Below are positions 44,900 through 58,499 of a DNA stretch of 64,000 bases, piece after piece. The translations under genes were made by a program, and so were the position numbers. Below the pieces are notes generated by a model. The model had not been told where the DNA came from. It searched no databases and worked only from the letters and a program-made list of their open reading frames with translations. Numbering within the stretch: position 1 is the first letter of the stretch; every line of letters begins with the position of its first letter. This DNA is from Eledone cirrhosa (lineage: Eukaryota). The DNA lies in the NCBI GenBank assembly GCA_964016885.1, contig OZ024742.1, positions 304,606,001 through 304,670,000 of the forward strand, read 5' to 3'.

Positions 44900-45087
44900 A
44901 TTGTTACTACTTTTGGCACAAGGCCAACCATTAATCAGTGTATTACTGGTACTTTATTTTATCGACCCTGTAAGGATGAAAGGCAAAGTTAACCTCGGCG
45001 GGATTTGAACTCAGAATGGCAAGGGCCGTAACTCTATGCGTCAAAGCATGGCGTCCGACCCTCTACCGATACTGCCAATCCACCGCC
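44899..45087 (-). mobile_element. Full-length SINE (short variant)
   Basis: Core motif and GGCGGTG head. Confidence 0.88.
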
Positions 45088-45212
45088 ATTATATATATAT
45101 ATAATGAGAGGTATATATATGTGCATACATACACATGTATATATACACATTTTTGTTCACAAGTATGTGAGATTGTGTGTTGTCGACCTTAACGAGTGTT
45201 GCTCTATGATTA

Positions 45213-46662
45213 CACCGTGTAACATATTTTTTATTATCCGGTTCTAAGTGTCATTTACTGGTTTGTTATATCCCATTATTATTTTAAAAAAACACTATTA
45301 TTTAATCAGAAGTTTGGGTTTGTGGTCAGGAGTTTGATATTTCGAAATTTTCATATATCTTTCAAGAAAAACACATTTAAAAAAAAATTTATCAGTTCAT
45401 ATAATTAAATCAACAGAGTATATATTTATTTTATTACACAAGCTTATGAAAAGCAAACAAGTAAAAACAAATAACACTTATAAAGCAACTTATACACGTC
45501 AGAAATGACTGGATTTCCCTTATTGGAGAACTCGGTAGACTCAAACACCTTCTTTATCTGAGTTCCAACAAAAATTCCACCTTTGATTTTGGCATCAGAT
45601 AACTTGGGGAAGAACTCAAGAAGGTACTTAAAAGCGGCTGATTCTTGGTTGAGAGCCTTCACAAACTACTTCATCAACCCCAACGTAATGTGCAGTGGCG
45701 GCATGAGCCCAATCCTGGGATCAACCAGTGGCTCCCACATGACGTTCCGGGTCCCAACTACAAATTCTGTTCGCTGCTCCCAGTTCTTTCTTTTGTAATG
45801 GTCAGAGGTGGCTCTGCTGTACCAAAGCATAGGAAGCATTGGAATTTGATAAAGCCTCCTTAGAGTCCTAGTAGGAAAGCCACCATCTTGAAGTCTCCAA
45901 TGATTTCCCAATTGTACTGGTTGTATTGCAGAGCTTCCAAGAGGACTTTCACACTGTAGTAATGTTCCTTCAGGCAGACTTATTGAGCTATGGGCAGTGT
46001 TGGGAACTTGTTTCCATTGTGGAGGAGGACAGCCTTCAAACTTGTGGTGGAGCTGTCTATAAATAGCCGCCACTACTTGGGCACAAACGGCACCCCAATA
46101 ACGTCAAACAGTCTAGGCACGTCATGGCAGAAGCAGAGGCCATCCCTAAGAGTGTAAAAACCTGAGAACGGTTCGTGTCGACTTCTCTGACTTGTCACCT
46201 GCACTTCCTCCTTGACCAAGTTCCACTGCTTCATCCTGGAGACGAATAGCTCTGCATTGGACTTGGTCAGACCCATATCCCTTACCAAGTCATTGACTTC
46301 TTTTTGGTTTGGGAAGTGAGGAACTTTTTCTCGAACCCCGGTGTCAATAAATCTCTTTAATCCACTTTTTAACAATGTTATACTTTATTGCACTTTTATA
46401 ATTTTCTTTAGGTATTACTCTTTATTTTATAATTTTAATTTAACCTGAAACATATATAAAAAAAAATCATTTAATATAAGCAAATTAAACTTACATACAA
46501 TGTAAAATCCAGGATACAAATAACTCTAGTGAATAGCTTAGAATGTTTACAAATCCAAACTTTTAGCTGTTTAATAGCACTTTTTTTTATTATTTGGGAC
46601 CTAAGCAACGCAAACAAGTGATTACAAGCCAGGAACAGAGAAAACAGTTTTTTTACACGGTG
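45213..46662 (-). mobile_element. Chapaev3-type (CMC superfamily) DNA transposon, internally deleted, dead transposase
   Basis: TIR CACCGTGTAA at both ends; TTA TSD at 45210-45212 and 46663-46665; NDLVRDMGLTKSNAELFVSRMK, WRLFIDSS..SLKAVLLHNGN, PPLHITLGLMK, KLSDAKIKGGIFVG with stops and frameshifts. Confidence 0.88.
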
Positions 46663-46719
46663 TTATGAGGGACAAGATAATCGAAATAATTATCTTTGAC
46701 TCGATATCAGATCTATGTA

Positions 46720-47409
46720 ATCTGGGAATGATGGAAGGCAAAATTGATCTCGGCGCAATATGAACTCAAAAAGAAACATAATTAAATCTCGCAGGGCATT
46801 TTCCCTTCAAACTAACGAACTTACCAGTCTAGCAACCGTAACAAAACTATTATTAATCGAAAGGATTTCAACTACAGCCATCTCATTATATTCTATATTA
46901 AAACATGTGTAAATGCGTTATTGCTTTCGGTTTAAACAGTTCAATATGGTTTGATAGAGATTTGGCTATATATATATACATATATATATATAAGCTGGCT
47001 TACCCACAACAATGTTACATCTCTATGATATAAGATTTTTGCATACTGATCAGCGAAACTGTACAGTCGGGACATTGAAGAAAAAATAGGTATATATCTG
47101 TGTCTACTATTTCTTCTTACTTTATAATATGTTATATATATATATGTATGTATATATATATAGCCAAATCTCTATCAAACCATTGTGAATCGTTTAAACC
47201 GAAAGCAACAACGCATTTACGCATGTTTTAATATAGAATATAATGAGATGGCTGTAGTTGAAATCCCTTCGATTAATAATAGTTTTGTTAGGGTTGCTAG
47301 ACTGGTAAGTTCGTTAGTTCGAAGGGAAAATGCCCTGCGAGATTTAATTATGTTTCTTTCAGAGTTCATATTGCGCCGAGATCAATTTTGCCTTCCATCT
47401 TTCCCAGAT
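46720..47409. repeat. ~250-bp inverted duplication (46720-46968 / 47161-47409) of SINE-containing DNA
   Basis: The arms are reverse complements; only the right arm continues into the rest of an old plus-strand SINE (to ~47505). Confidence 0.9.
46992..47131 (+). mobile_element. Short HHR cassette truncated within the catalytic core
   Basis: (TA)n-a-gctgg...tcagc-GAAA-ctgtacag-TC-ggg; palindromic stem III; flanked by (TA)n. Confidence 0.6.
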
Positions 47410-47509
47410 CCATGAAATAACGTACCTGTCAAGTACTGCGGTCGATTTAATAATCTTAAGCTTCCTTTGTCTTCCTGGCCTTGGGTCTATATTAGAAACC
47501 ATTATCACA

Positions 47510-48036
47510 GTTGTATTCATCTTCGTGATAAATGCCATAAATGGCGTGTGCCATTTTAGAGATTGGCAGTTTCATAACTTCGTAATATTTTCTGCATGAG
47601 CAATGTACATTTGAGTCTGTAAACAGAGACATTGTTGTTAATTATTTAACGTTTCTATGTCTACAGCAACTAACAACACTTCTCTTTGCGGTAATTGCAT
47701 GTCAACGTACACCTACAGCAATATGAAGGCCGGTCAAAATAGTTTTTCATTGTTGATATGTTTGTTGTCGATGTTCATGTTCTTCTTCACGGTAATGCTC
47801 AAAATATTCATGTCGGTTAAACTTTACAAGAGCTGCAGCACAGATGGATCTGATTTAAAGTATTCGAGCAATTGTTTGAATGGGGACATGTCATCACTTT
47901 ATTGGAAAGGAGCTGGTGTATGATATAGTTCTTGTTGATATGTCCGCCAACGAAAGGATGCTGTTCATTTAGGTTTCGTCTTAATATATGCCTTCTGGAA
48001 CTTGAATGAAGGGCATCCCTTCCATACTTGACATAT
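47510..48036 (-). pseudogene. Two exon remnants (47717-48036; ~47510-47616) separated by a 100-nt GT-AG intron
   Basis: Acceptors tttttttcgttttag and ctctgtttacag, donor gtaggt; stops in all frames of the 47717-48036 exon; EKLF*..TQMYIA..LP resembles VLIG EHFFRExGQxYEA..LP. Confidence 0.45.
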
Positions 48037-48457
48037 CTAAAACGAAAAAAAGAGGGGAAACTTTGTATACATATTCAGCACATGCCTGACGACAGCGCAT
48101 TTAATAGCTATTTCATAATGACATTTTAATGTCTTTCAAATGTACATCATGTAAGAATATATATTCTCCGTCTAATACCTTATGGATGGCCATTACGTTG
48201 GATAACAAAGTAGTTTATTTCTTCTATCAACCAACAGGAATTATTGTTAATGTGTAGATTTCTATAAATGCGAGAACTGGACCCCGTAAGAGTGGCGGAG
48301 GATTGCCTTGCAGTATATCTTCTGTGATTTGCGGCAGCTGAAGTGAACTTCAGTCGGTTTCGATAAATGAAATACTTATACTCTACCAAGAATTCGTGTA
48401 TCTCACTCTCTCTTGCTTTCCAGAAATATCGACAGATTGAGCAAAGTACAATATATA

Positions 48458-48607
<150 letters not shown>

Positions 48608-48625
48608 TATATATGTATATATATA

Positions 48626-49341
48626 CAGAGTACGAGAATAGACCTAGGAAAAATAGATCCCGTCGCATTATATGGTATGACCCACCATATAATATGGAGG
48701 TGGCCACACCTTTAGCTAAGATCTTTCTCTCCCTTATGAAGCATTTCCCCCCAGCACATAAATATAGTAACATTTTTAATAGAAATACCATTAAAATTTC
48801 TTACTCTATGACTCCTAACCTTGCACATAACATCACACCTTCAAATTTAGCTAAATTACCTAGCCGTAGGAACACGTGCAACCCTGTAGCTAGTACTAAC
48901 TCTAATTGTAGAAATAGGGTTGACTGCCCCCTATTCGGGAAATGCCTCTCTAGTAACATTGTCTACAAATGTAAGGTTGAAACACCCACGTCCCGTAGGG
49001 CCTACATAGGGTTAACCGCCAATAGATTCAAGCAGCGTCTTTACATGCATACCCATTCTTTTCTTAACCCTCTAAAAAAGAATATGACGTCACTTTCAGT
49101 TTATATCTGGAGTCTAAAAGACAACCACACCCAATATAATTTACACTGGGAGATCCTAGTTGAGGCTAGATTGTATAACGGAAATAAAAGACCATGTGAG
49201 CTCTGCGCCGCCGAGGCCCTGGAAATACTCTACGTCAAAGACAACATCTTAAACAAAAAATCTGAGGCAATTCCGGTTTGTAAACATAAATTACACAAAA
49301 CTTTCCTGTATTACAGCCCCACATTATACTCTAACGGATAG
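48626..49341 (+). mobile_element. PLE fragment (Hydra-like group): open linker + GIY-YIG endonuclease ORF, no RT
   Basis: [80 protein letters not shown]; stop at 49341; starts at (TA)n. Confidence 0.88.
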
Positions 49342-49839
49342 TACGAACTATATGCGGATATTTTACGTCTTGATGTGGTAGCTAAGTATATGTTCTGTTA
49401 ATACCATTACTTATTCGTATAGGTAAGTATATATTACCTGTATGTTTTGTGAAGGTACGTATATCTTCTCGTACATATATTGCTTGTATATGTTATTGGC
49501 GTATATATTATATATACTGGTACATGTGCATTTGGTTATGTGATTACGGGAGTTTTGCATCTGTGTGAATATGCGGGTTCGTACGTATGTAGGGTGTGTG
49601 TATGTGTGTACTTTGTGACGTAGGTCCGCGAACATATGTGTCTTTACATGTGGGTGTGTGTGCGCGCGCGTTGTATACGTATTTAAGGGTGTATATTTAT
49701 ATACGTTTATTTAATTATGTATACACGCACGCACACACACACACATGTATATATATATATATATATGTTTTTATTTATTTTTGTATGTGTATTTGGTGTA
49801 TACGTTCGTATGTGTGCGGTACAGGCTTTGCGTGGGTTC

Positions 49840-49882
<43 letters not shown>

Positions 49883-50140
49883 GTGTGTGTGTGTGTGTTT
49901 TTCTTCTTTTGTATACGTGCTTGTATGTGCATACCCATGGGAAGTGGTTTCGCGTATGCTTGTGTATGTACGTATATGGATACGCGTATGTATATATTTA
50001 ATTTCAATTATCTCTGTATTTTATTTACTTTATTCTTAACTCTGAAGCTGAGAATCATTCGGTTTCCTAAATAGAATTTTAGTCTACGACTTCAGTTATA
50101 CCATTTACGTGGTTTTGTCTTTACGTGTAATTGTTCTCGA

Positions 50141-50295
50141 TGATCCCGTTAAGGGTGAAAGCAGCGATTCTTTGCTTAAATTTTAATCTGTTATTTTAAT
50201 AAATATTTGCTCTACGGTTCTTATATATCTGATATATATTCATCCTTATCGAGCCCTCTTTGGATTTTAGTCTTCAAATTTATTATTATTACTAT

Positions 50296-50378
<83 letters not shown>

Positions 50379-50481
50379 TTTTAATATAGATGAGATTCTA
50401 CAGGACTAGAACTGTTTCATTCATTAGAAATCATTGAGTACCTTACTTACTGTGGTTACCTCCGATTCAACCCGGAATAAC

Positions 50482-50517
<36 letters not shown>

Positions 50518-50636
50518 TTATTTATTAAAATAACAGATTAAAGTTTAAGCAAAGAATCGCTGCTTTCACCCTTAACGGGATCTTCTGAAACTAAAAAAGT
50601 CAATATGTGAACGCAGAAGTAAATATTTCAAAAAAC
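50141..50636. mobile_element. Family A copies facing tail-to-tail (50141-50295 +, 50515-50636 -) around (TA)n and a family H cassette (50377-50483)
   Basis: Matches 257-408 and 2-80; the H cassette (gaactgtttcattc..gagtaccttac) recurs at 52132-52270. Confidence 0.75.
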
Positions 50637-50889
50637 TTTGCAACCGGAGGAAGACAGGAAGACGATACTTTGGTTCGTGGAAACGTTCCCTGGCAAAGAA
50701 CGGAAAAAACGAAGATAATACGTCATTTTATATATATATATCTATCTATAAAGATTTACATATACATAAAGTCACAGATATATATGTGGCAACCGTTCAC
50801 GATGTGGCTCAATGAAGAATTAATAAATTAAATAATCAGAGCAATATATTATAAATCATGTCCTTAGAATCATTAGATAAAATATATAT

Positions 50890-51235
50890 ATTTCCTCTCC
50901 CAATTAGCATAATTAACCATATAAAAAATCAATTAGACCAGGCTATAAGAATAAAGGCTCCTATGAAGATATATTTGATAAAAAACCGAAAGCAGCCTCT
51001 TCGCGGTTGACCAAAATGGAGTATTTACCCAACATTTCAACAGCATGTAGAAACTGACCAAATATACCGTCAACCATACACAATTAGATATAAATTTAAA
51101 GTTAGAAGAAATGTGTACATACCGTAATTATATCTCTACCATGGTTTCGTCCGTATTTTGAGATATCCTCTTAAGGATAAATCTCGAGTATCGAACTCAT
51201 CAGTCTATCCTTAATAGGATAACTCAAAATACGAA
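50890..51235 (-). mobile_element. HHR cassette family G with inverted 5' arm; partial second copy at 51331-51545
   Basis: 50945-51128 is repeated at 51330-51512; the 5' arm 51206-51236 is inverted relative to the HHR stem II. Confidence 0.7.
51131..51203 (-). ncRNA. Hammerhead core, canonical, 5' strand of stem I lost
   Basis: CTGATGA-gttcg...cggac-GAAA-ccatgg-TA-gagata. Confidence 0.65.
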
Positions 51236-51572
51236 CATATTATATGGTGGGTTATACCATATAATGCGACGGGATCTATTTTTCCTAGGTCTATTCTCGT
51301 ACTCTGTATATATATACATATATATATATATAAGAATAAAGGCTCCTATGAAGATATATTTGATAAATAACCGAAAGCAGCCTCTTCGCGGTTGACCACA
51401 ATAGAGTATTTACCCAACATTTCAACAACATGTAGAAACTGACCAAATATACCGTCAACCATACGCAATTAGGTATAAATTTAAAGTTAGAAGAAATGCG
51501 TACATACCGTAAAACGAGTAAATCAGACAAAGTTGGAATTCCTTTTATTAATATATATATATATATATATTT

Positions 51573-51760
51573 TTATACTTGGGGAGGGTCATATTTGTGT
51601 AATATTGCCAGAATTAATAACATAACACACTTACTGTTTGGTTGGTTTTCTGTTATTAATTCTGGCAATATTACACAAATATGACCCTCCCCAAGTATAA
51701 CAATATTTGTTTCGACACACGATTTCATATAAAAAACCTCGCAAAACTAATTCATCGCCG

Positions 51761-51761
<1 letters not shown>
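51573..51761 (+). mobile_element. Family D copy with fold-back arm
   Basis: 51573-51621 is inverted to ~51650-51700; flanked by (TA)n. Confidence 0.75.
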
Positions 51762-51821
<60 letters not shown>

Positions 51822-51916
51822 TATATTGTACATTGCTCAACCTGTCAATATTTATGGAAAGCAAGAGAGAGTGAGATATTATATTTGCACCATTAACGCA
51901 CTCGCAGAAATATATG

Positions 51917-51964
<48 letters not shown>

Positions 51965-52079
51965 GGGGGGGGGGCGTGTTTGTGTGTGTGTGTGTGTATG
52001 TATGTATGTGTATATATAAGACTGTGTTTGCATCTCTGTGTTTGTCTCGTTTATTATCCTTTTCTGTATATATGTATAT

Positions 52080-52126
<47 letters not shown>

Positions 52127-52454
52127 GAAAGGGCTTATACAGAACTAGAACTGTTTCATTCGATGGAAATCATATGTTTTGAGTACCTTACCGATTCAAC
52201 CCAGAACAGCTAGATCCGAACTGCTGCGCTATGGCCTACCTGGTATCTTACCACACACTTTTTGTTATATGTATGAATAAAAATATATATATATACATAT
52301 ATTTCTGTTAGTGCGTTAATGGTGCAAATATAATGCACGTGAAATCTAGGGAATACATCGTGTGTAAAATTATTTTTACAGAAGTAAAATGGAATAGACA
52401 AAATATTACACAAACACAAATACACAAAAAATTCTATTCATTCAAGAAACCTAC

Positions 52455-52650
52455 ATTTATTCATGCATCCTCACAGATTTTTTATTAATATATTGCTTTC
52501 AGATCTTCGATTTCTTTTCTCGATTATTCTCCCATTCTTCTAATTTACTCCAGTGTTTCCAATATTCTTGTCCTTATAATTCATACTTAAAATAGTTATA
52601 TTCATTATTTTCTTTCCTTTCTCCTTCATCATTGGTGGACACAGCATGGT
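52455..52650 (-). pseudogene. Exon remnant, putative VLIG
   Basis: FKYEL*GQEYWKHWSKLEEWENNR resembles LPLQGxxWKxWSKLEKExxR; donor aat|gtaggt. Confidence 0.5.
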
Positions 52651-53890
52651 CAAATATGTAAGTGGTTCGCTTCGCATGATAAGGAAATGTTGTTTTCGAT
52701 AACTTTGTATTCACTCATTATTTAGGTAAACATTAACTGTTTAGAAGCTCTTTGTGTGGATTGTACATATAACTCAACGGTTGAGCCCTGTCACACACTC
52801 CGTCACCTTGAGTTTCTCTGATAGCGACTTTCAACGTCGACGAATGTATAGAATTCTCAACCTCTTATATGTTTTGAGTCGGATCTTCTCTTGATTGAAA
52901 AGATGGAACATTTATTGTCGAAAGCCAGGGATGACCATTGACGTCGTATTCGACCTCCCACTTTTTCCTGCAACCTATTTATACTTTCTACCCACACTCG
53001 TCCTTTTTTGTAGTGATTATTATATATTTCATCCTCTTCCAATGAACTTCATTATGAAAATTATTTACACATTTACTTCTTCTTTCCTTGCCAAGCTTAT
53101 TGTCGTTAAGATAAATGTGGATTAAGATGTGGAACGTAATATTCCGCAGAGTATACATTTACATGAGATTTAGTTTTTCCTCACCACGAAGTGTCATTAG
53201 GTCGGAGCTTATCCTGGTTTCAATGGCGTTAAGTGACTTAGAGCTAATGAGTCCCCAATGGACATGTCACCAGGCCATTCCAGGTTTAAACCCCTACAGC
53301 CGCTGCTACTCATCTTCTGTTGAATTCACAGGAGCAAAGTACAATGAGGTTTTTTCCAATAACGTAACGTACTTTTAAATCTAAGTATCACACACACGGC
53401 ATTACATTCATAAATACAATAAGCTAAGCGTAATCGTAATATTTTAAAATAAGTATTTTAGAATATGTATTTTAGAATATGTATTTTAATAATACATACA
53501 CAACTGTTCAAATAAATATTCGAAGAAATCTAAACGTAAAACCAATATTTTATGCATTATGTAAAATAAATGTACTATCAAAATCCTAACACGAACTAAC
53601 AGTCACCTTGTATATGTTAATTGTAGGTCAAGCACCTATTTCTTTTTCTTTCTTTTTTCATTTTTTTTTCTTCTTCATTTTTTCTTGTTTGATTTTTTCG
53701 TATCACTGATCCTGAAATTCTCTGTGAAATGACTGAAAAAATGTAGATGTTAAGATTGAAATGTGTTTATTTCCCAATATTTTAATAAGCTTCTTATTCT
53801 TGTCTGCTTTAAAGCGGTTTTACTACATGTGTTTTCACATTATAATCATACAAATATATATATATATAAAGTTGAAACCTGGTATCTTAC

Positions 53891-54026
53891 GTCCGCATCA
53901 TGACTAAATCCATAACTTCAGCGACTCAATTCAATTATTTGCGTTTTCTTTCCTCGTATTATATTTCAAATTCTATCCAATGTTATATAATCTTTTTATT
54001 TCTCTATAACAGCCAATCTTCTTTTT
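53891..54026 (-). pseudogene. Exon remnant
   Basis: tattcttag|...|gtaaga; KEDWLL*RNKKII*HWIEFEI*YEERKRK with several in-frame stops. Confidence 0.4.
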
Positions 54027-54137
54027 CTAAGAATATATGACCGAGAACAGCTACTTCTAAAATTTAAAGATTTTAAATTCTTATAAACATATATTTGTAT
54101 AATAAATATATTCAGTATTATTATTTCATATACTCAC

Positions 54138-54415
54138 TTGAAGGTATATCTCTCTTAAACTAAACTCAATCGTCAATGGTAAATATAACCGTTGAAATGA
54201 TAAATTCGTTTGAACTTCAGTGGAGATATCTTGTAGTTTCTATTCCGGCTATTTGCGATTTCGATTCAAATCCGACTATGGATTATTTCGGGTGTAGATT
54301 CAAACCACTGCATACAGATGGATGCCTTAGCTGAGATTGCTCTGTTTTACGCATCCTGTTGACGATGGGGAACTCCCTCCATGCTACCCTTGTCGATGAT
54401 CCTCAAAAAAACGTA
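54138..54415 (-). pseudogene. Exon remnant, putative VLIG
   Basis: Strong acceptor and caa|gtgagt donor; FFEDHR..GG..RAISAKASICMQWF..FSLR resembles FFHRxxxGG..RxISxGLVEIxWY..NLRGD. Confidence 0.45.
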
Positions 54416-54559
54416 CTAGCAAAAGAATTGAAAAAAAAAACAAAATGGAAGACAAACGTGTCGAAATAAAAAAAATCAAAGACGAAAAATTACATAAACA
54501 ACTGAAAATTAAAAATACAATCTTGTTTTTGTTGTTTATCATATGACATAATAAAAATT

Positions 54560-55092
54560 TCCATTCGATATGAGTTATAAAGTCTACAAATCGAAGAATA
54601 ATATTAGGAAAGAAAATTATGTTGATGTATTCTTGACAGGAGCACTTAGAGATTTTATAAATCTCGTAGTTTGTTTGCGTAAGATCTGTGGTTTGTTGTA
54701 CGTCATAATAAATTTCTCGATTTTATATCTGTATATACATTTTATTGCGTCAAATACCCTGTCAATATATGGCTCTATTTTATGTGTGTATTAAATGCGT
54801 TAGGAGTAGAGGGAAAAGCCATGTAAATTCATGTTTTTCTAAATTAATGTTAGCAAGATAAATTCCGATTTGTAGATATAAACTATGTTGAAATCCTATC
54901 ACATACTAGGTATATCTCTGGTATCGTATTGTTCTCGGAAATGTGTGAAAATCTTCAGGAATATGTTATTAATTGGTGAAGATTGATTATAATATCAACT
55001 TAGTTATTGTGAAGTTTTAATGTTTCAATAGCAATATAAACTGGCGTTGCCTCTTTTAAAAATATTTTCCACTTTTCTTTAATCCGACATAC
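54560..55092 (-). pseudogene. Exon remnant, putative VLIG N-terminal region
   Basis: Acceptor ttttgtttttcag; FLKIFTH..TRD and NMNLHGF/PLLL resemble FLxKLM..AR and KMSxCQFAVPLLLP. Confidence 0.4.
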
Positions 55093-56186
55093 CTGAAAAA
55101 CAAAACCGAATTGATTGTTAATGATCAAACAATCAAATATTACTCATTTAAATTAAACATGCTTGAAATGGCATTTTTTTTTTACAACACGTGGTTTTCT
55201 TAGAATCGCATATTACAAGACAATATGTATTCAAAATCCTCAGATTTAAGCCACAACCTTTAGAAAAAACAATGCTCTATTTTAGAAAGACGACCAGGTT
55301 TCCCTTCCCCGCTGCACGTTACTATGTCTTATGTCTCCTGTCGTATAAATCTGAAGTTCTATGCCTATGTAGAAAAATCAATATCTTCGTGAATTTAAAA
55401 TTTAATTAAATACAAAAAAAAACATCTTAAATTAGAATAGTGCTTAAAGGCCATTATTCTTCTATAGCTTTGGAACTGGAAACTGGCAGCTTTGTTCCAA
55501 GTAAAGTTTCTCTGAATATAATTGTTTTATTTTAAATAACGATCTCACAACCACTACGCACATATATACACGCACATTTCCCAGTGAATCGTTTCTCTTC
55601 TCAACATTATTTATTCTGGGTGGCGTGGGTATAGAGGTTTTGCTTCATCTCTTTTGCATACTTCTTTCTCTACATTGGTAAATCGAATTAACAGAATCCA
55701 TAATGTCATAAACGGTATTAAATATTCTTCAATATGATTTTGGTCCTTCATCCGCTCCAAACAGTAATATTAGAAATAAGTTCTATCTGCTCATACAGAA
55801 AGTCAAAAATAGACAGACATGAACATATATATAGAAATAACACACATATAAATGTACAAATCCTTATAACCATACAGGAAAATAAATATAATAAAATTAT
55901 GTATAAGAATTCAAAGCCAAATAAAACATACATACAAGGATGTTTAAAGACACACTGAAATACATCACACGTATAGCGTAAATGCGTGCACATGTGTATC
56001 CGCATAGAGGAACACATACATTTTCACATAATTTTTCACTCTCACAAATTTTGATGTCTTTGCATAATTACCCACATACGCACACACAAACACGCATAAA
56101 AACATACATACACATTAAAACATAGACGAACACATATTGTAACTTATGCAAAATATGAATATGCAAATATTAAGTTTTTAACCTAC

Positions 56187-56441
56187 CTTCACAATAAAAA
56201 TAAAGGAATCTTTTGAAACGACAGGTTTATATTTTAAATAGGCTACATCTCTTCGTTCTGAATTCTTTTAAGTCTCATACACATCCGTATGAAGAAATCA
56301 ATTATTAAGCTGTAAAATTTTATGGCATTTGCTGTTTTCACCAAATGAAAGTAACTTTCGTCTCAACGGTGCGTAAAAAACTGTATAATGTAATTCAAAA
56401 TCTATTGTTGCTTTTTCTTTGCTCTTTCATATTTTTATAAC
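56187..56441 (-). pseudogene. Exon-like segment with strong splice sites and stops in all frames
   Basis: tctctgcag|...aag|gtaggt; no motif recognised. Confidence 0.25.
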
Positions 56442-58499
56442 CTGCAGAGACTCAAACCTTAAACCGAAATGGATTTCAATAATCTACAATCAGATATCAG
56501 TACTTCATTATAAATTCAAACATAGATTTCTAGTTCTGAAATCTGGTAATAAACATTCCCCTTAAAATAAAGGAAAAAAATGAACTTTCATTTCACTTGA
56601 AACTGAAACGGAATTTTGTTGTACAATTTTTCAACGTTATTGTGCTGAGGAAAACATTTCCGATAAGATATAATAGTCGATTACCACCGTATATATTCTA
56701 ATCGGCTAACAATGTGGCTTTCAATACGCAACACAGTTATATATATCCTAGCACTTGGAAATAGGCAAACACGCTCAGAAGCTTTTTCAGACTTTAGACA
56801 TATCTGGATGAGACAAAGGGAAATAGCATAGACCCACCCTTAGAAAATCGAAATAAATAACTTTTATAGGATGAGCTGAAACTGTCCTTCACATGATTTT
56901 GTTGAAATGTAATCAATAGTTTATATCTAATCAGATTTGATTATGTAAGAACCACTTTAAAAAAAAAAGAGCTACCAAACTTCAAACCAGTAGTTCTTCG
57001 CATTCATATCAAAGAGATTTTACTTGCTGCAAGTTTGAATTAGAATTTCTTTTTCCAAGTAAAAAAGAATTTGACTTCAATATTCAAAAAATATGTTTAA
57101 AGCTTCGAAATTGTATCTACATTTAGAATGCAAGATAACTTGAAATATTTATTTGTGGAGAAAGATAACTTCTGCTACAAGTTTATACAATTAGAAATCT
57201 ATGCTTCAATTTAAAATCATTCCTTTTGAAGAAGTAATATAATTTTCATATGACTTTTTACAGCTGACCGTTTTATGGGGTTTCTATAATTTTATTGATT
57301 TTATTTCGATTATTTAAGGACTAGAAATTACCGAGGAGTCGAAATGAGATAAAATAACGTTGTTATATTTAACAACAATTCATATAATTAAGTTTTATAA
57401 CTATATTTCGCTCAGAACTTACATATTTCCAAATAAATTAATAATTTAATAATGATAGTAATAATAACAGAAATATTATTTGCCTGGAGGTTGTGTATGT
57501 TACAAACATGATAAGGATGATCCATGAAGTTTTAAATGGTTTTATCCAGCATTAGAATTTAGGCGAGTACTAACTATAGAGTGAAGAAAGATGACACACC
57601 TTCATATGGGATATAGAGAAGATATGCCATCAAGCATTATATTATGTGTTGTAATTACTTGTTCCTCAGAATGTATGTACTCCAACGGGTAGCAACATTC
57701 TTAATAAACGTGTGTTAGAATTTACAATCGAAATGTACTAGCAGAAGGCAACCGTTAGTAAGAATGAGAAAAGTATTTTGAAATATATCAGAAGCAGTCA
57801 CCTCAACGGGAGTAATACTAAAAATTATTTTCATTCATTCCAAACCAATATCAATATTAGGCTCAGTACTCTATCTATGATCCTTTGTGTTTGTTATTTA
57901 CCTGTGCTTCAAATAACTTCAGAGGTCACTCACACTCATTAATGCCACAGAAGAATATGGCCCATCGCCTCTGCTAATAATTCGTTGCCAAAATATTTAA
58001 CTCTCTAGTCAACTGAGAATAAAGGCAGCAAAATATTGATTATATTCCTTCGTTATTCTACGCACATTGCAATTGATTTCCTGTTAGCCGAAGAAGAAAT
58101 TCTCTTATCAAGATGCCAGTAGAAACAGAGATCGTTCAGAAACTGAAATATCAAATATAGCCTTTTACTCGAGTCAGAGAATTTCACCTCTTGGTCATTT
58201 CAAATGTTTCTGATTGCTTTATGACCTTAACATTCTATTATATTTGGGGTGTGCTTGTGTGACCAAATGACCACGGTTGAACGATCTCAAGGTACATTAT
58301 ATAGATAATTTGTGTGCATGAGTGTGTATGTGTGTGTATGGTTTATCATTGAAATATTTCGCTTTTTATATTGGTCTCACCTAGATGTTTGAACACTGCA
58401 TACAGTGTTGCCTGCTATCTCAAATATTCTCAAACAATTCAGTCTCCATGCATGTGGGACCATGGGAAAAAACTTTCTTAAATTCTATTCAGAAATATT

